64,000 nucleotides of DNA, from NCBI GenBank assembly GCA_020247085.1, contig JADCJJ010000267.1, forward strand, positions 3,582 through 67,581. The letters are read 5' to 3'. Source of the DNA: Myxococcaceae bacterium (GTDB lineage: Bacteria; Myxococcota; Myxococcia; Myxococcales; Myxococcaceae). Shown here piece after piece: positions 8,952 to 17,728 of the stretch. The notes beneath the pieces are model-generated. The model made no database searches, had not been told where the DNA came from, and saw only the letters and a list, made by a program, of their open reading frames with translations. The position numbers were made by a program, and so were the translations under genes. Every line of letters starts with the position of its first letter. Positions within the stretch are counted from its first letter, which is position 1.

Positions 8952-10153
8952 TGCGCGCCGGCAGCCTGGCCCTCGCCCTCGCGTGCGCGCTCTGGGGCTG
9001 CACGCCCGAGGACTTTCCCACCGAGTCCCTCGTCGACCGGCTGCGCATGTTGGGCATCACCTCGAGCCCGGCGGACCTGGCGCCCGGCGAGACGGCCCGG
9101 CTGTCGGCGCTGGTGCTCGACCCGACGCGGGCCGGCGCGACGACGACGTTCTGGATTGCCTGCGACCCGGACCCGTTCAACGAGAACCGCTCCGCCTGCA
9201 CGGACCCCTCGGTGGTGAACGACCCGTCGCGGTTGGGAGACGTGCAGGCGCTGCCACCCGGGCTGCGCTTCGCCGGCCTCAACGCCAGCGCCAGCTACAC
9301 CGCGCCGCGGGGCCTGTTCGACGTGCTGGCCTCCGACGACCCGCGGCGGGTGCTGGGCACCGTGGGCACGCTCGTCACCATCTCGGTGGCCGAAGAGGTG
9401 TCACCCGCCGCGCCGATGGCCGAGCTCGCCGCCCTCTTCGGCCGGGTGCAGCGGCGCGAGGTGGCCTCGCTCGTCTCGCTCTTCCGCGTGCGCATCTCGG
9501 AGGACCCCGAGCGAAACACGAACCCGCGGGTGTCGCGCCTCGTCGTCGACGGCGCCGACTGGCCGACGGGCGCCCGGCTGATGGTGCGGCCCGGGCAGGA
9601 CGTCGTCCTCGACGCCGACGCCGCCGACGCGGCCTTCGAGCCCTTCACCGCGGTGACGCCGAGCGGGTCCGAGGCCCGCACCGAGCGCATCCTCGTCTCG
9701 TGGTACTCGACGGCCGGGCGCTTCTCGGAGACGCGCACGGCGATGCGCGAGGAGGTGAAGACGACCTTCTCCGCGCCGGGAAAGAAGGCCTTCGACCCGG
9801 TGCCCGAGCGCCGGGCCGGCACGCTGTGGACGGTGCTGCGCGACACGCGCGGGGGGCTCTCGTGGAGCGAGTTTCCCTTCTTCGTGTGTGACGAGGCCCT
9901 GCCCGCGCCTGAGGTGACGGCGGTGCGGGCGCCGGCGGGCCGCGACGACCCCGTCGTGGTCGAGGGGCGGCAGCTCGACTCGGTGCTCGACGTCATCGTG
10001 GGCGGTGTCGCGCTGACCCGGGGGCGCGCCGACGCCTCTGGCGCGCGCTGGAGCGGCTCGCTGCCGGCCGACGTCCCCCCTGGCGAGAAGGCCGTGGTGG
10101 TACACACGCGTCGCTGTGAGCGCCTCGAGGCGCCGTCCGTCACAGTGCGGTGA
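8951..10153 (+). CDS. lipoprotein, hypothetical, with C-terminal IPT/TIG-like segment
   Basis: ATG 8951 overlaps the upstream stop (TGATG). Lipobox LWGC in MRAGSLALALACALWGC. GC3-saturated frame. C-terminal VTAVRAPAGRDDPVVVEGRQLDSV..VVVHT resembles an Ig/IPT fold. Confidence 0.65.
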   Translation: MRAGSLALALACALWGCTPEDFPTESLVDRLRMLGITSSPADLAPGETARLSALVLDPTRAGATTTFWIACDPDPFNENRSACTDPSVVNDPSRLGDVQALPPGLRFAGLNASASYTAPRGLFDVLASDDPRRVLGTVGTLVTISVAEEVSPAAPMAELAALFGRVQRREVASLVSLFRVRISEDPERNTNPRVSRLVVDGADWPTGARLMVRPGQDVVLDADAADAAFEPFTAVTPSGSEARTERILVSWYSTAGRFSETRTAMREEVKTTFSAPGKKAFDPVPERRAGTLWTVLRDTRGGLSWSEFPFFVCDEALPAPEVTAVRAPAGRDDPVVVEGRQLDSVLDVIVGGVALTRGRADASGARWSGSLPADVPPGEKAVVVHTRRCERLEAPSVTVR

Positions 10154-10214
10154 CGGCGTCTCGGCAGTGTCCCTCGCAGGCGGCGGCTCCTGGATGACTC
10201 CCGTCAGGTGGGGC

Positions 10215-10388
10215 GCACCTCGCGCTCGACTCCAGCGCCGGGCGCGCGCCGGGCCTGCCGCCACGGCCCACCTCGCCCACGGTCTCGCGCCGCTTCGCTG
10301 GCCGACCCCTCCGTGCCGAAGGCACCTCGCGCTCACCACCATCTCCGTCCGCGCGCCGGCCCTTTCGCGCCGAACGCACCTCGCTCGC
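10215..10388. repeat. four phased copies of a 13-bp motif GCACCTCGCGCTC at 53-54 bp spacing
   Basis: Copies at 10215-10227 (exact), 10268-10280 (10/13), 10322-10334 (exact) and 10376-10388 (11/13). Copies 3 and 4 share the extended GCCGAA-N-GCACCTCGC. Intergenic, upstream of the S24/S26-like ORF. Confidence 0.7.
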
Positions 10389-10419
10389 GGCGCCAGCGCC
10401 GTCGACGCTCAGGCGCCCG

Positions 10420-10938
10420 ATGAACACGGGCGACACGGCCGGGGACATGGCTGCATCACCGGCTGCGGGGCCGACTCGAGCCACGCCACGCCCGGCTTCG
10501 TGGGAGAGTGCGCGCGTGCCCGCGGCGAGCCATCAGGACCTGTTGCGCGCGATGCCCACCGGCGGCCGCCTCTGGCTTCGGGCCGGGGGCAAGAGCCTGT
10601 GGCCGGTGCTCCTCGACGGCGACCAGCTGCAGGTGGAGCGCCTGGACGAGCCGTCGCTGCGCCGCGGCGACATCGCGCTCATCGTGAGCGCCCAGGGGCA
10701 GCTCGTCGCACACCTGGTCGAGTCGCTCGAGCCCCTCGTCACCGTTTCGAGCGTCGGCGTGGTGGACCCGCCGGCGCGAGAGGTGCTGGGCAAGGTGGTG
10801 GCGGTGCGGCGGGGCTCGGTGCGCCTCGCGCTGCCGCGGCACAGCCACGTCCTGTTGCGGGGCGTCCCGCGCGTCGCGGCGGTGCTGAAGCGGGTGCCGG
10901 GGCTCCGGCGGCTGGTACACCGGGTGCGCGACCGCTGA
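10420..10938 (+). CDS. S24/S26-family (signal peptidase/LexA-like) serine peptidase-like protein
   Basis: GKSLWPVLLDGDQLQV..LRRGDIALIV matches the GxS(M/L)xP..GD..RGDIV pattern, with LGKVVAV as a candidate general-base Lys. GC3 becomes saturated only from about 10540, so ATG 10552 (MPTGGRLW) may be the real start. Confidence 0.5.
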   Translation: MNTGDTAGDMAASPAAGPTRATPRPASWESARVPAASHQDLLRAMPTGGRLWLRAGGKSLWPVLLDGDQLQVERLDEPSLRRGDIALIVSAQGQLVAHLVESLEPLVTVSSVGVVDPPAREVLGKVVAVRRGSVRLALPRHSHVLLRGVPRVAAVLKRVPGLRRLVHRVRDR

Positions 10939-10939
10939 C

Positions 10940-11635
10940 GAACGACCGGAGCGCGGGGGCCGCGGGCTTCCCTCGGCGGGCCGCGCCGAGCGACGGGCGC
11001 TCGCAGCCACGCCCTCCGGCACGTCGCCGTCGGACGACTGGCCAGCGGCTGGGAGGCTCGCCGGCGCGCGGCGGCCCGACCTCGAGGTTCGTCTTCAAGC
11101 CGTCCGTCGCGTCAGCACCGGCGTCTCTCCCGTCGAGGCCGCGGCGCGCGCGCTCGGCGTCGAACCTGCCGACGTCGAGGCCTGGGCGGCCTTCATGCTG
11201 GAGGGCGTCCGTGGCGAGGCTACCCGGCGCCGGCGGGAGCTCACGTGGCGCGGAGCGATGGCCCTCACGGCGGCGCTGGTGGCACTCGGGCTGGGCGGGC
11301 CGGTGCTCGGGCAGCAGAACTGCCCAGACGCAGCCGTGGGCCGTGGGCCCTGTGTCGCTGTGCGCCGGCGACGTCAACGCCCACTTCGCCGCGCTCGCCT
11401 CGGCCGCGCTGCGCACCGGCCCCTCGACGGTGGCGCCAGCATCACCACCCCGGGCCTGCTGGTGGCCGCGCCGGGAAGCTCGACCGCCCAGCCGGTGACG
11501 GCCGACCGCTCGGCGGTGCTCGAGGCGCGCGACGCGAGCGGGAACCCCGCCTCTGGCTTCGCGGCTCCGAAACGATGCCTTTCATCGACCTGTCGAGCGA
11601 CGTGGCGAGTGACTTCGACGCGCGCCTCTCGTTGA
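10940..11635 (+). pseudogene. coding-like region without a clean ORF (HTH-like segment, TM/signal segment, frame excursion)
   Basis: One frame has high GC3 and protein-like text (VSTGVSPVEAAARALGVEPADVEAWAAF, MALTAALVALGLGGPVLG). It has no ATG/GTG/TTG before 11195. Between about 11340 and 11430 the GC3 signal moves to another frame (VGPVSLCAGDVNAHFAALASAALRTGP) and then returns. Confidence 0.3.
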
Positions 11636-12390
11636 ACACCACCGGCGGCCGCGAGCTCACGGCGCCGACCCTCGTGTTGAACTCGCTGACGGTGGTTCAG
11701 CCATGCCGCGCCGGCTTCCTCGCCGTCACCGACGGCCGGCTCTGCGTGGGGCCCCTCGAGCCCGCGGCGACCGGCCACGCGTCCGTCGCCACCTGCCGGA
11801 GCCAGGCTGTGCACGTCTTCACCTCCGGCGAGATTCACCGGGCTTGCTCGGCAGCCACCTTCCTGCCGGGCCAGCGGCTCCTGCTGATGGGGAACCAGGT
11901 GACGTTCCGACCGAGTGGCTGCGTCACCGTCGCGGCGCACAACGCGGCGCTCGACGCCGACCCGCGGAACCCCGAGCTGTGGCGTGTGTGGGCCGACCAG
12001 CTGCTCGAGGCCCTGGACCGGCTCGGCGACTGGTTGATGGAGAAGCGCTGGTCCGACTTCGAGCTGGCCGAGCACCTCGGCGTCGCCGCCCCGCTGGTGC
12101 GGCGGGGGTTGCTGCTGGCAACGTGGAACGACTTCGGCTTCCTCTCGACGCTGACGCTGTCGGCCCCAGCGCTCGCCCGCCACGCGTGGGTCGCCGACGT
12201 CACGCACGTTCCTGCGGCCCGCCACCTCGTCGAGCTGACCGTGGCGCCGGCGCGCAAGCCGACGCCGCTGCCGAGCCCCGAGGCCCTGCCGCTGCCCCGC
12301 TCGCTCGAGGTGCTCCGGTGGCCCGAGCCGCTCGCCCCGTCGCTCGTCACCCGCCTCCGCGCGCGAAGCCCCCGTCTCACGGTCGGCTGA
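11575..12390 (+). CDS. hypothetical protein
   Basis: ATG 11575 (MPFIDLSSDV..) with GC3-saturated frame. Contains DADPRNPELWRVWADQLLEALDRLGDWL. No family assigned. Confidence 0.5.
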   Translation: MPFIDLSSDVASDFDARLSLNTTGGRELTAPTLVLNSLTVVQPCRAGFLAVTDGRLCVGPLEPAATGHASVATCRSQAVHVFTSGEIHRACSAATFLPGQRLLLMGNQVTFRPSGCVTVAAHNAALDADPRNPELWRVWADQLLEALDRLGDWLMEKRWSDFELAEHLGVAAPLVRRGLLLATWNDFGFLSTLTLSAPALARHAWVADVTHVPAARHLVELTVAPARKPTPLPSPEALPLPRSLEVLRWPEPLAPSLVTRLRARSPRLTVG

Positions 12391-12462
12391 CCCGACGGGC
12401 GCCCCCGTAACGCAGCCTGGCCGGGGCGGCACCCACCAGAGGCTGGCGAACGCGCCCCGCGG

Positions 12463-12951
12463 ATGGCAAACGGCATCGCCATGACCGATGCCAACACCGA
12501 CACCCTGGTGGCCCGCCTGCTCGACGACAAGGCGAAGCGCCCCCGCCTCTTGACCGACTGCGAGCGCCTCATCGAAGACGAGGTGTCGAGCAAGGGCGGG
12601 CTGTCGGGCCTCGCCATCAAGGCGGCCTACAAGGTGGTGTGCGCGGTGAAGCCGGGCATCATCCGCGAGTCGATGGACATGCTGCTCGACGACTTCGTGA
12701 AGCGCCTCGAGCCCTTCTACGCCGACCACCGCAAGGCCGGCACGGCGCCCGACCAGTTCGGCGCCACCCTGTCGCGGCGGGCCGGCGAGGTGGCCGACGC
12801 GCTGCTCGGCATCACCGACGACCGGGCGAAGAAGGCAAAGAACCCGACGCTGAAGGGCGCCTACGAGAAGCTCCGGCCCCAGGCGAAGAAGCACGTCGAA
12901 GAGGCAGTGCCCCGCGTGGGCCGCACGCTGTCGCCGCACCTCGGCGCCTGA
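12463..12951 (+). CDS. hypothetical cytoplasmic protein
   Basis: 162 aa with balanced Lys/Glu/Asp composition (LIEDEVSSKGGLSGLAIKAAYKVV..). This clearly differs from the shadow ORFs. Confidence 0.7.
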   Translation: MANGIAMTDANTDTLVARLLDDKAKRPRLLTDCERLIEDEVSSKGGLSGLAIKAAYKVVCAVKPGIIRESMDMLLDDFVKRLEPFYADHRKAGTAPDQFGATLSRRAGEVADALLGITDDRAKKAKNPTLKGAYEKLRPQAKKHVEEAVPRVGRTLSPHLGA

Positions 12952-12971
12952 CGGCCCGGCGCCCGCGCGAC

Positions 12972-14459
12972 ATGTCCCCGGCCGACCTGCCAGGCTCCCT
13001 CGGCGGCGCCGCGCCGCCGGCCACGCCACCGCCGCCAGCTGGGCGCCTCTCACGGCTGGCGGCGCGCTTCACCGCCTGGGCCGAGCGGTGGATTCCTGAC
13101 GCCTACGTCTTCGCGCTCGGGGCCACCGTCATCGTCGTGGTGGCGGCCTTCGCCTCGCTCTGCCGAACGCGCTCCCCCGGCGACGCGGCCCAAGGCGTGG
13201 TGCGCGCCTGGGGCGGCGGCTTCTGGGAACTGCTGCCCTTCACCCTGCAGATGGCCCTCGTCATCATCACCGGCTCGGTGGTGGCGACGACGCGGCCGGT
13301 CGCGCGCCTCATCGCGTGGCTCTCGCGCGTGCCGACGACGGCCAGGGGCGCGGTGGCGTGGGTGACGTTCTTCTCGATGGCGTCGAGCTGGTTCAACTGG
13401 GGCTTCTCGCTCATCTTCAGCGCGATGCTGGCCCGGGAGGTGGCGCGCCGCATGGAGCGCGTCGACTACCGCGCGCTGTGCGCCAGCGCCTTCCTCGGGC
13501 TGGGCAGCATCTGGGCGCAGGGGCTGTCGGGCTCGGCGGCGCTGCAGATGGCGACGAGCGCGATGATGCCGCCCGCGCTGCGCGACATCGTGGCCGCCGG
13601 CGGGCTCGTCGAGGGCGGCGTCATCGGCCTGCGGCACACCATCTTCCTGTGGCAGAGCCTCGTCTCGGTGCTCGTCGAGCTCGTCGTCGTCACCGCCGTG
13701 CTGTTCCTGGCGGCGCCGGGAGAGGCTCAGGCGGTCTCGGCGAAGGACCTGGGCATCGACCTCGGTGACAGCCCCCTCGAGGCGCCAGCGCCGCCGTCGC
13801 GCGGCACGCCGGGCGAGTGGCTCGAGCACCACCCTGCCCTGCCGGCGGCCTTCGTGCTGCTGGCCGGCAGCTTCCTCGCGCTGACCTTCCTCGACGCGAA
13901 GGACCCGCTGGGGGCGCTGACGCTCAACACCGTGAACCTGGGCTTCCTCACCATCGGGGTCGCGCTCCACGGCACGCCGGCGCGGCTGATGCGCGCGGTG
14001 AAGGAGGCCACCCCGGGGGTGTGGGGCGTGCTGCTGCAGTTCCCCCTCTACGCGGGCATCGCGGCGCTCATCACGAAGACCGAGCTCAGCCAGCAGCTCG
14101 CCCACTTCTTCGTGGGGCTCTCGACGCGCGAGACGTTCCCCGCGGTGGTGGCCGCGTACTCGGCGGTGCTGGGCGTCTTCGTGCCCAGCGGTGGCTCGAA
14201 GTGGGTCATCGAGGCGCCCTACGTCATGCAGGCGGCGCACGAGCTGAGGGTGCACCTGGGGTGGATGGTGGCCGTGTACGACCTGGGCGAGGCGCTCGCG
14301 AACCTGCTGCAGCCCTTCTGGATGCTGCCGGTGCTGGGGCTCTTCGGCCTGAAGGCCCGCGACGTCATGGGCTACACGGTGCTGGTCTTCCTCGTCCTCG
14401 CGCCGGTGGTGCTGGTGCTGGTGACGGTGCTGGGGCTCACCCTGTCGTACCCCCTCTGA
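12972..14459 (+). CDS. atoE: short-chain fatty acid transporter, AtoE family
   Basis: Collinear with my recollection of E. coli AtoE: WIPDAYVFAL, WGGGFWELLPFTLQMALVIITG, FNWGFSLIFSAMLAREVARR, QFPLYAGI, VPSGGSKWVIEAPYV, PFWMLPVLGL. ATG 12972 lies inside track ORF 12639..14459. Confidence 0.85.
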   Translation: MSPADLPGSLGGAAPPATPPPPAGRLSRLAARFTAWAERWIPDAYVFALGATVIVVVAAFASLCRTRSPGDAAQGVVRAWGGGFWELLPFTLQMALVIITGSVVATTRPVARLIAWLSRVPTTARGAVAWVTFFSMASSWFNWGFSLIFSAMLAREVARRMERVDYRALCASAFLGLGSIWAQGLSGSAALQMATSAMMPPALRDIVAAGGLVEGGVIGLRHTIFLWQSLVSVLVELVVVTAVLFLAAPGEAQAVSAKDLGIDLGDSPLEAPAPPSRGTPGEWLEHHPALPAAFVLLAGSFLALTFLDAKDPLGALTLNTVNLGFLTIGVALHGTPARLMRAVKEATPGVWGVLLQFPLYAGIAALITKTELSQQLAHFFVGLSTRETFPAVVAAYSAVLGVFVPSGGSKWVIEAPYVMQAAHELRVHLGWMVAVYDLGEALANLLQPFWMLPVLGLFGLKARDVMGYTVLVFLVLAPVVLVLVTVLGLTLSYPL

Positions 14460-14527
14460 GGCCGGCCAGCCGCGGCGCTTCATGGTGGTGCGCCCGCGCT
14501 GCCCCGCCGATACTCCTGCGCTCGCCC

Positions 14528-16747
14528 ATGCCCGACGGAACCCATCACACCTTCTGTCGTATCTGTGAGGCGCTGTGCGGCCTCACCGTGAAGGTCGAGA
14601 ACGACCAGGTGGTGAAGGTCGCTCCCGACGACGCGCACGTCGCCACGCGCGGCTTCTCGTGCCCCAAGGGGCTCAAGCAGGCGAAGCTCTTCTCGTCGCC
14701 AGACCGGCTGAAGTACCCCGAGAAGCGCGTCGGCCAGCGGTGGGAGCGCATCACCTGGGCCCAGGCGCTCGAGGAGATTGGCAACCGGGTTCGCCAGCTC
14801 TCGGGCGAGCACGGCGCCGACGCGCTGGCGATGTACGTCGGCACGGCGGCTGGCTTCAGCGTGCTGCACCCGGTGTTCGCGCAGGGCTTCATGACGGGCC
14901 TGGGCTCGAAGTCGATGTACGCCTCGGCGACCCAGGACTGCTCCAACAAGTTCGCCGTCGCGAACCTCGTCTACGGCTTCCCCTTCACCCAGCCCTTCCC
15001 CGACCTCGACCACACCGACTGCCTCATCATCGTCGGCGCCAACCCCGTCATCTCGAAGTGGAGCTTCCTGCAGGTACCCAACCCGGGGAAGACGCTGCAG
15101 GAGCTGAAGGCCCGGGGGGCGCGCGTCATCGTCGTCGACCCGCGGCGCACCGAGACGGCGAAGGTGGCGGGCGAGCACGTGTTCATCAGGCCCAACACCG
15201 ACGTGTTCTTCTACCTGTCGTTCCTCGCCGAGCTCGAGCGTCAGGGGGGCGTGCAGCGCGCGCTGGCCGAGGCGCAGGCCGAGGGCATCGACGAGGTGCT
15301 CGCGCTCGCGAGGGCCTGGCCGAAGGAGCGCACCGCGCCCATCACCACCATTCCCCCGGAGCGGCTGCAGGAGCTGGTGCAGGTGTTCCGCGCGGCGAAG
15401 GGCGCCTCGCTCTACTCGTCGACCGGCGTCAACATGGGCACGAACGGGTCGCTCGCGTTCTGGCTGCAGGAGTGCATCAACCTGCTGTCGGGCAACCTCG
15501 ACCGGCGCGGCGGCACGCTGGTGGGCCGCGGCGTCATCGACTTCCCGGCCTTCGGCAAGAAAAATGGCGTGCTGGTGCGCCCCGACCGGTCGCGCATCGG
15601 CGACTTCCTCTCGGTGAACGACACCTTCCCCGGCGGCGTGCTGGCCGACGAGATTCTCACCCCGGGGCCGCGGCAGGTGCGCGGGCTGTTCGTCACCGGC
15701 GGCAACCCGCTCATCACCATGGCGAACGCAGGGCGCCTCAAGAAGGCCTTCGAGGCGCTCGAGCTGCTGGTGACGCTCGACCTCTACCGCAACGAGACGG
15801 GCTCGCTGGCGCACTACGTGCTCCCCTGTACCAGCCCGCTCGAGCGGCCCGACCTGCCGTTCATCTTCCCGCTCATGCTGGGCCTGCAGAAGAAGCCGTA
15901 CCTGCAGGCCACGCGGGCGGTGCTCGAGCCCGGGCACGAGCAGCGGGACGAGGCCTCCATCTACCTCGACCTCTGCCGGGCGAGCGGGGTGAGCCTGTTC
16001 GGCTCGGCCGTCGCCCAGAAGGCCCTCGAGGGCATGATGGCGGTGCACTCGCGGCTCCATCGCAAGGGGCGCCTGCCAGCGCTGCCGCAGGAGCTGTTGC
16101 TGTCGATGCTGCTGCGCGTCACCGGCCAGCCGGGCTTCGACACGCTGGCCGAGGCGCACCCCCACGGCCGCCTCCGGGAGCAGCACGAGGCCGATGACTT
16201 CATCGGCAAGCGGGTGCTGACGGAGAACCGGAAGGTGCAGCTCGCGCCGCCGGAGCTCCTCGCGCAGGCGAAGAAGCTCGAGGCCGACTTCGAGTTCGAG
16301 CGCGGCCGGGCCGGCACGCTGAAGCTCATCACCAAGCGCGCCGTGCAGACGCACAACTCGTGGACGCACAACCTCGAGGAGTTCGTCCACGAGGCCACCA
16401 ACCACCTCTACATGCACCCGGCCGACGCCGCGGCGGCGGGCCTGCGGGACGGCGACGTGGCCGACGTCACCAGCGCCACGGCCACGGTGCGGGTCCCGGT
16501 GAAGCTGCTCGCCGACCTCATGCCGGGCACCGTCGCGCTCCCGCACGGGTGGGGCCACCAGCACGCCACCGGACTCTCGGTGGCCAGCAAGACCCGCGGC
16601 GTCAACGTCAACCTCCTCGCCGCCGACGGCCCCGACGCCATCGAGCGCGTCTCGGGCATGGCCAACCTCACCGGCTTCCCCGTCGAGGTGCGCCCAGCGG
16701 CCGGGCCCCAGGACCCGACGTCGTGGAGCGGCCTGCCGCGGGCCTGA
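14528..16747 (+). CDS. molybdopterin-dependent oxidoreductase (formate dehydrogenase/BisC-like catalytic subunit)
   Basis: N-terminal 4Fe-4S motif CRICEALCGL..CPKG. Molybdopterin oxidoreductase body (IVGANPVISK, VVDPRRTETA). C-terminal molydopterin dinucleotide-binding-type segment (MHPADAAAAGLRDGDVADV). ATG 14528. Confidence 0.9.
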   Translation: MPDGTHHTFCRICEALCGLTVKVENDQVVKVAPDDAHVATRGFSCPKGLKQAKLFSSPDRLKYPEKRVGQRWERITWAQALEEIGNRVRQLSGEHGADALAMYVGTAAGFSVLHPVFAQGFMTGLGSKSMYASATQDCSNKFAVANLVYGFPFTQPFPDLDHTDCLIIVGANPVISKWSFLQVPNPGKTLQELKARGARVIVVDPRRTETAKVAGEHVFIRPNTDVFFYLSFLAELERQGGVQRALAEAQAEGIDEVLALARAWPKERTAPITTIPPERLQELVQVFRAAKGASLYSSTGVNMGTNGSLAFWLQECINLLSGNLDRRGGTLVGRGVIDFPAFGKKNGVLVRPDRSRIGDFLSVNDTFPGGVLADEILTPGPRQVRGLFVTGGNPLITMANAGRLKKAFEALELLVTLDLYRNETGSLAHYVLPCTSPLERPDLPFIFPLMLGLQKKPYLQATRAVLEPGHEQRDEASIYLDLCRASGVSLFGSAVAQKALEGMMAVHSRLHRKGRLPALPQELLLSMLLRVTGQPGFDTLAEAHPHGRLREQHEADDFIGKRVLTENRKVQLAPPELLAQAKKLEADFEFERGRAGTLKLITKRAVQTHNSWTHNLEEFVHEATNHLYMHPADAAAAGLRDGDVADVTSATATVRVPVKLLADLMPGTVALPHGWGHQHATGLSVASKTRGVNVNLLAADGPDAIERVSGMANLTGFPVEVRPAAGPQDPTSWSGLPRA

Positions 16748-16825
16748 CGCGCCGGGCCCCGTTCGCGCGTCGGCGGCCGTGCCTGCCCGGGCGACGCGGC
16801 CCTCACCGGCGCGCGGCCGGCGCCG

Positions 16826-17704
16826 TCACTGACACCCGCTCACCTGCACCCGCCGCAGCCTGTCCCTCGCCGCCTCGAGGTCGCGCTCGAGCGGCGCGAT
16901 GGTGGGCGCCGGGTCGGTGGAGACGTTCGGCGGTTGAGGCCCCCGGCGACGCGCCATGCACCTGGCGTACGAGCCCTGCTTCGCGCCTTCGCTGCTGGAA
17001 CAGAAGAGGCTCCGCTCCGCGGGAGAGCGGTCGTCGTACAGCATGCGGCGCCACAGCGCGGCGTCTCGCCTCGCATCAAAGAGGCGGTCTTCGAGGCGCC
17101 TCACCTCGGCGAGGGCCGGCAGGCAGGTGTCACCACCGGCAGGGCGAGGGGGCTCGATGGCCTGCCGAGGCGCCGCCGGCCTCGGGGCCCCGGCGGGGCA
17201 GCCGGCCTGCTGCGCGCGTCGGAGCGCCTCGCGCGCCTCCTCGAGCGTGCGCTCGGCCGGGCCCACGATGGGCCCGGGGTCGGGCGGCTGAGGTGCCCGC
17301 CGCGTTCGGCCGGTGACGGCCATGCACTTCTCGAAGGCCGCCTCACCGAAGGTCGCCCGGACCTCCCGGCAGTCTCCACGCCAGGTGAGCGTCTTCAGCT
17401 GCGCCGTTCGCTGCGCCTCGGCGAGCTTCGCCTCGGCGCTCGACACCGCGCCACGGGCGACCTCGCAGGCGTCTGTCGCCTCGCCCAGCGGCAGCGGCGC
17501 TCCGTTGGCGTCGACTGGGGCCGGCGGGCGCGGTGGCGGGCGCGCCGGCGGCCCCGAGGGGACGAGCTCGATCTCCGCCCCCTCGGTGGTGCGCACCTTG
17601 ACGCCCTTCGGAATCGAGCCGCGGTCGTCGGTGTAGTGCACCTCGCCCCGCGCGTCGGTCCACACGTACACCTGACTCAAGACGAGGAGCAGCGCGGCGT
17701 ACAT
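16826..17704 (-). CDS. DUF4124-like secreted protein with duplicated 4-Cys module
   Basis: N-terminus VYVWTDARGEVHYTDD is the DUF4124 signature. A Pro-rich linker follows, then two modules of about 90 aa, each with four Cys and ending CMA..RRxPQPP....LEEAREALRRAQ..GC. Confidence 0.7.
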   Translation of the reverse strand: MYAALLLVLSQVYVWTDARGEVHYTDDRGSIPKGVKVRTTEGAEIELVPSGPPARPPPRPPAPVDANGAPLPLGEATDACEVARGAVSSAEAKLAEAQRTAQLKTLTWRGDCREVRATFGEAAFEKCMAVTGRTRRAPQPPDPGPIVGPAERTLEEAREALRRAQQAGCPAGAPRPAAPRQAIEPPRPAGGDTCLPALAEVRRLEDRLFDARRDAALWRRMLYDDRSPAERSLFCSSSEGAKQGSYARCMARRRGPQPPNVSTDPAPTIAPLERDLEAARDRLRRVQVSGCQ

Positions 17705-17728
17705 GGCCGACGAGCCTTGCCGCCCAGC

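Noticed and set aside
10215-10388. CRISPR array, considered for this locus and for 33241-33530
   Set aside because: The repeats here are only 13 bp and degenerate. At 33.2 kb the whole 102-bp unit is conserved, so there are no unique spacers. No cas genes are present in the window.
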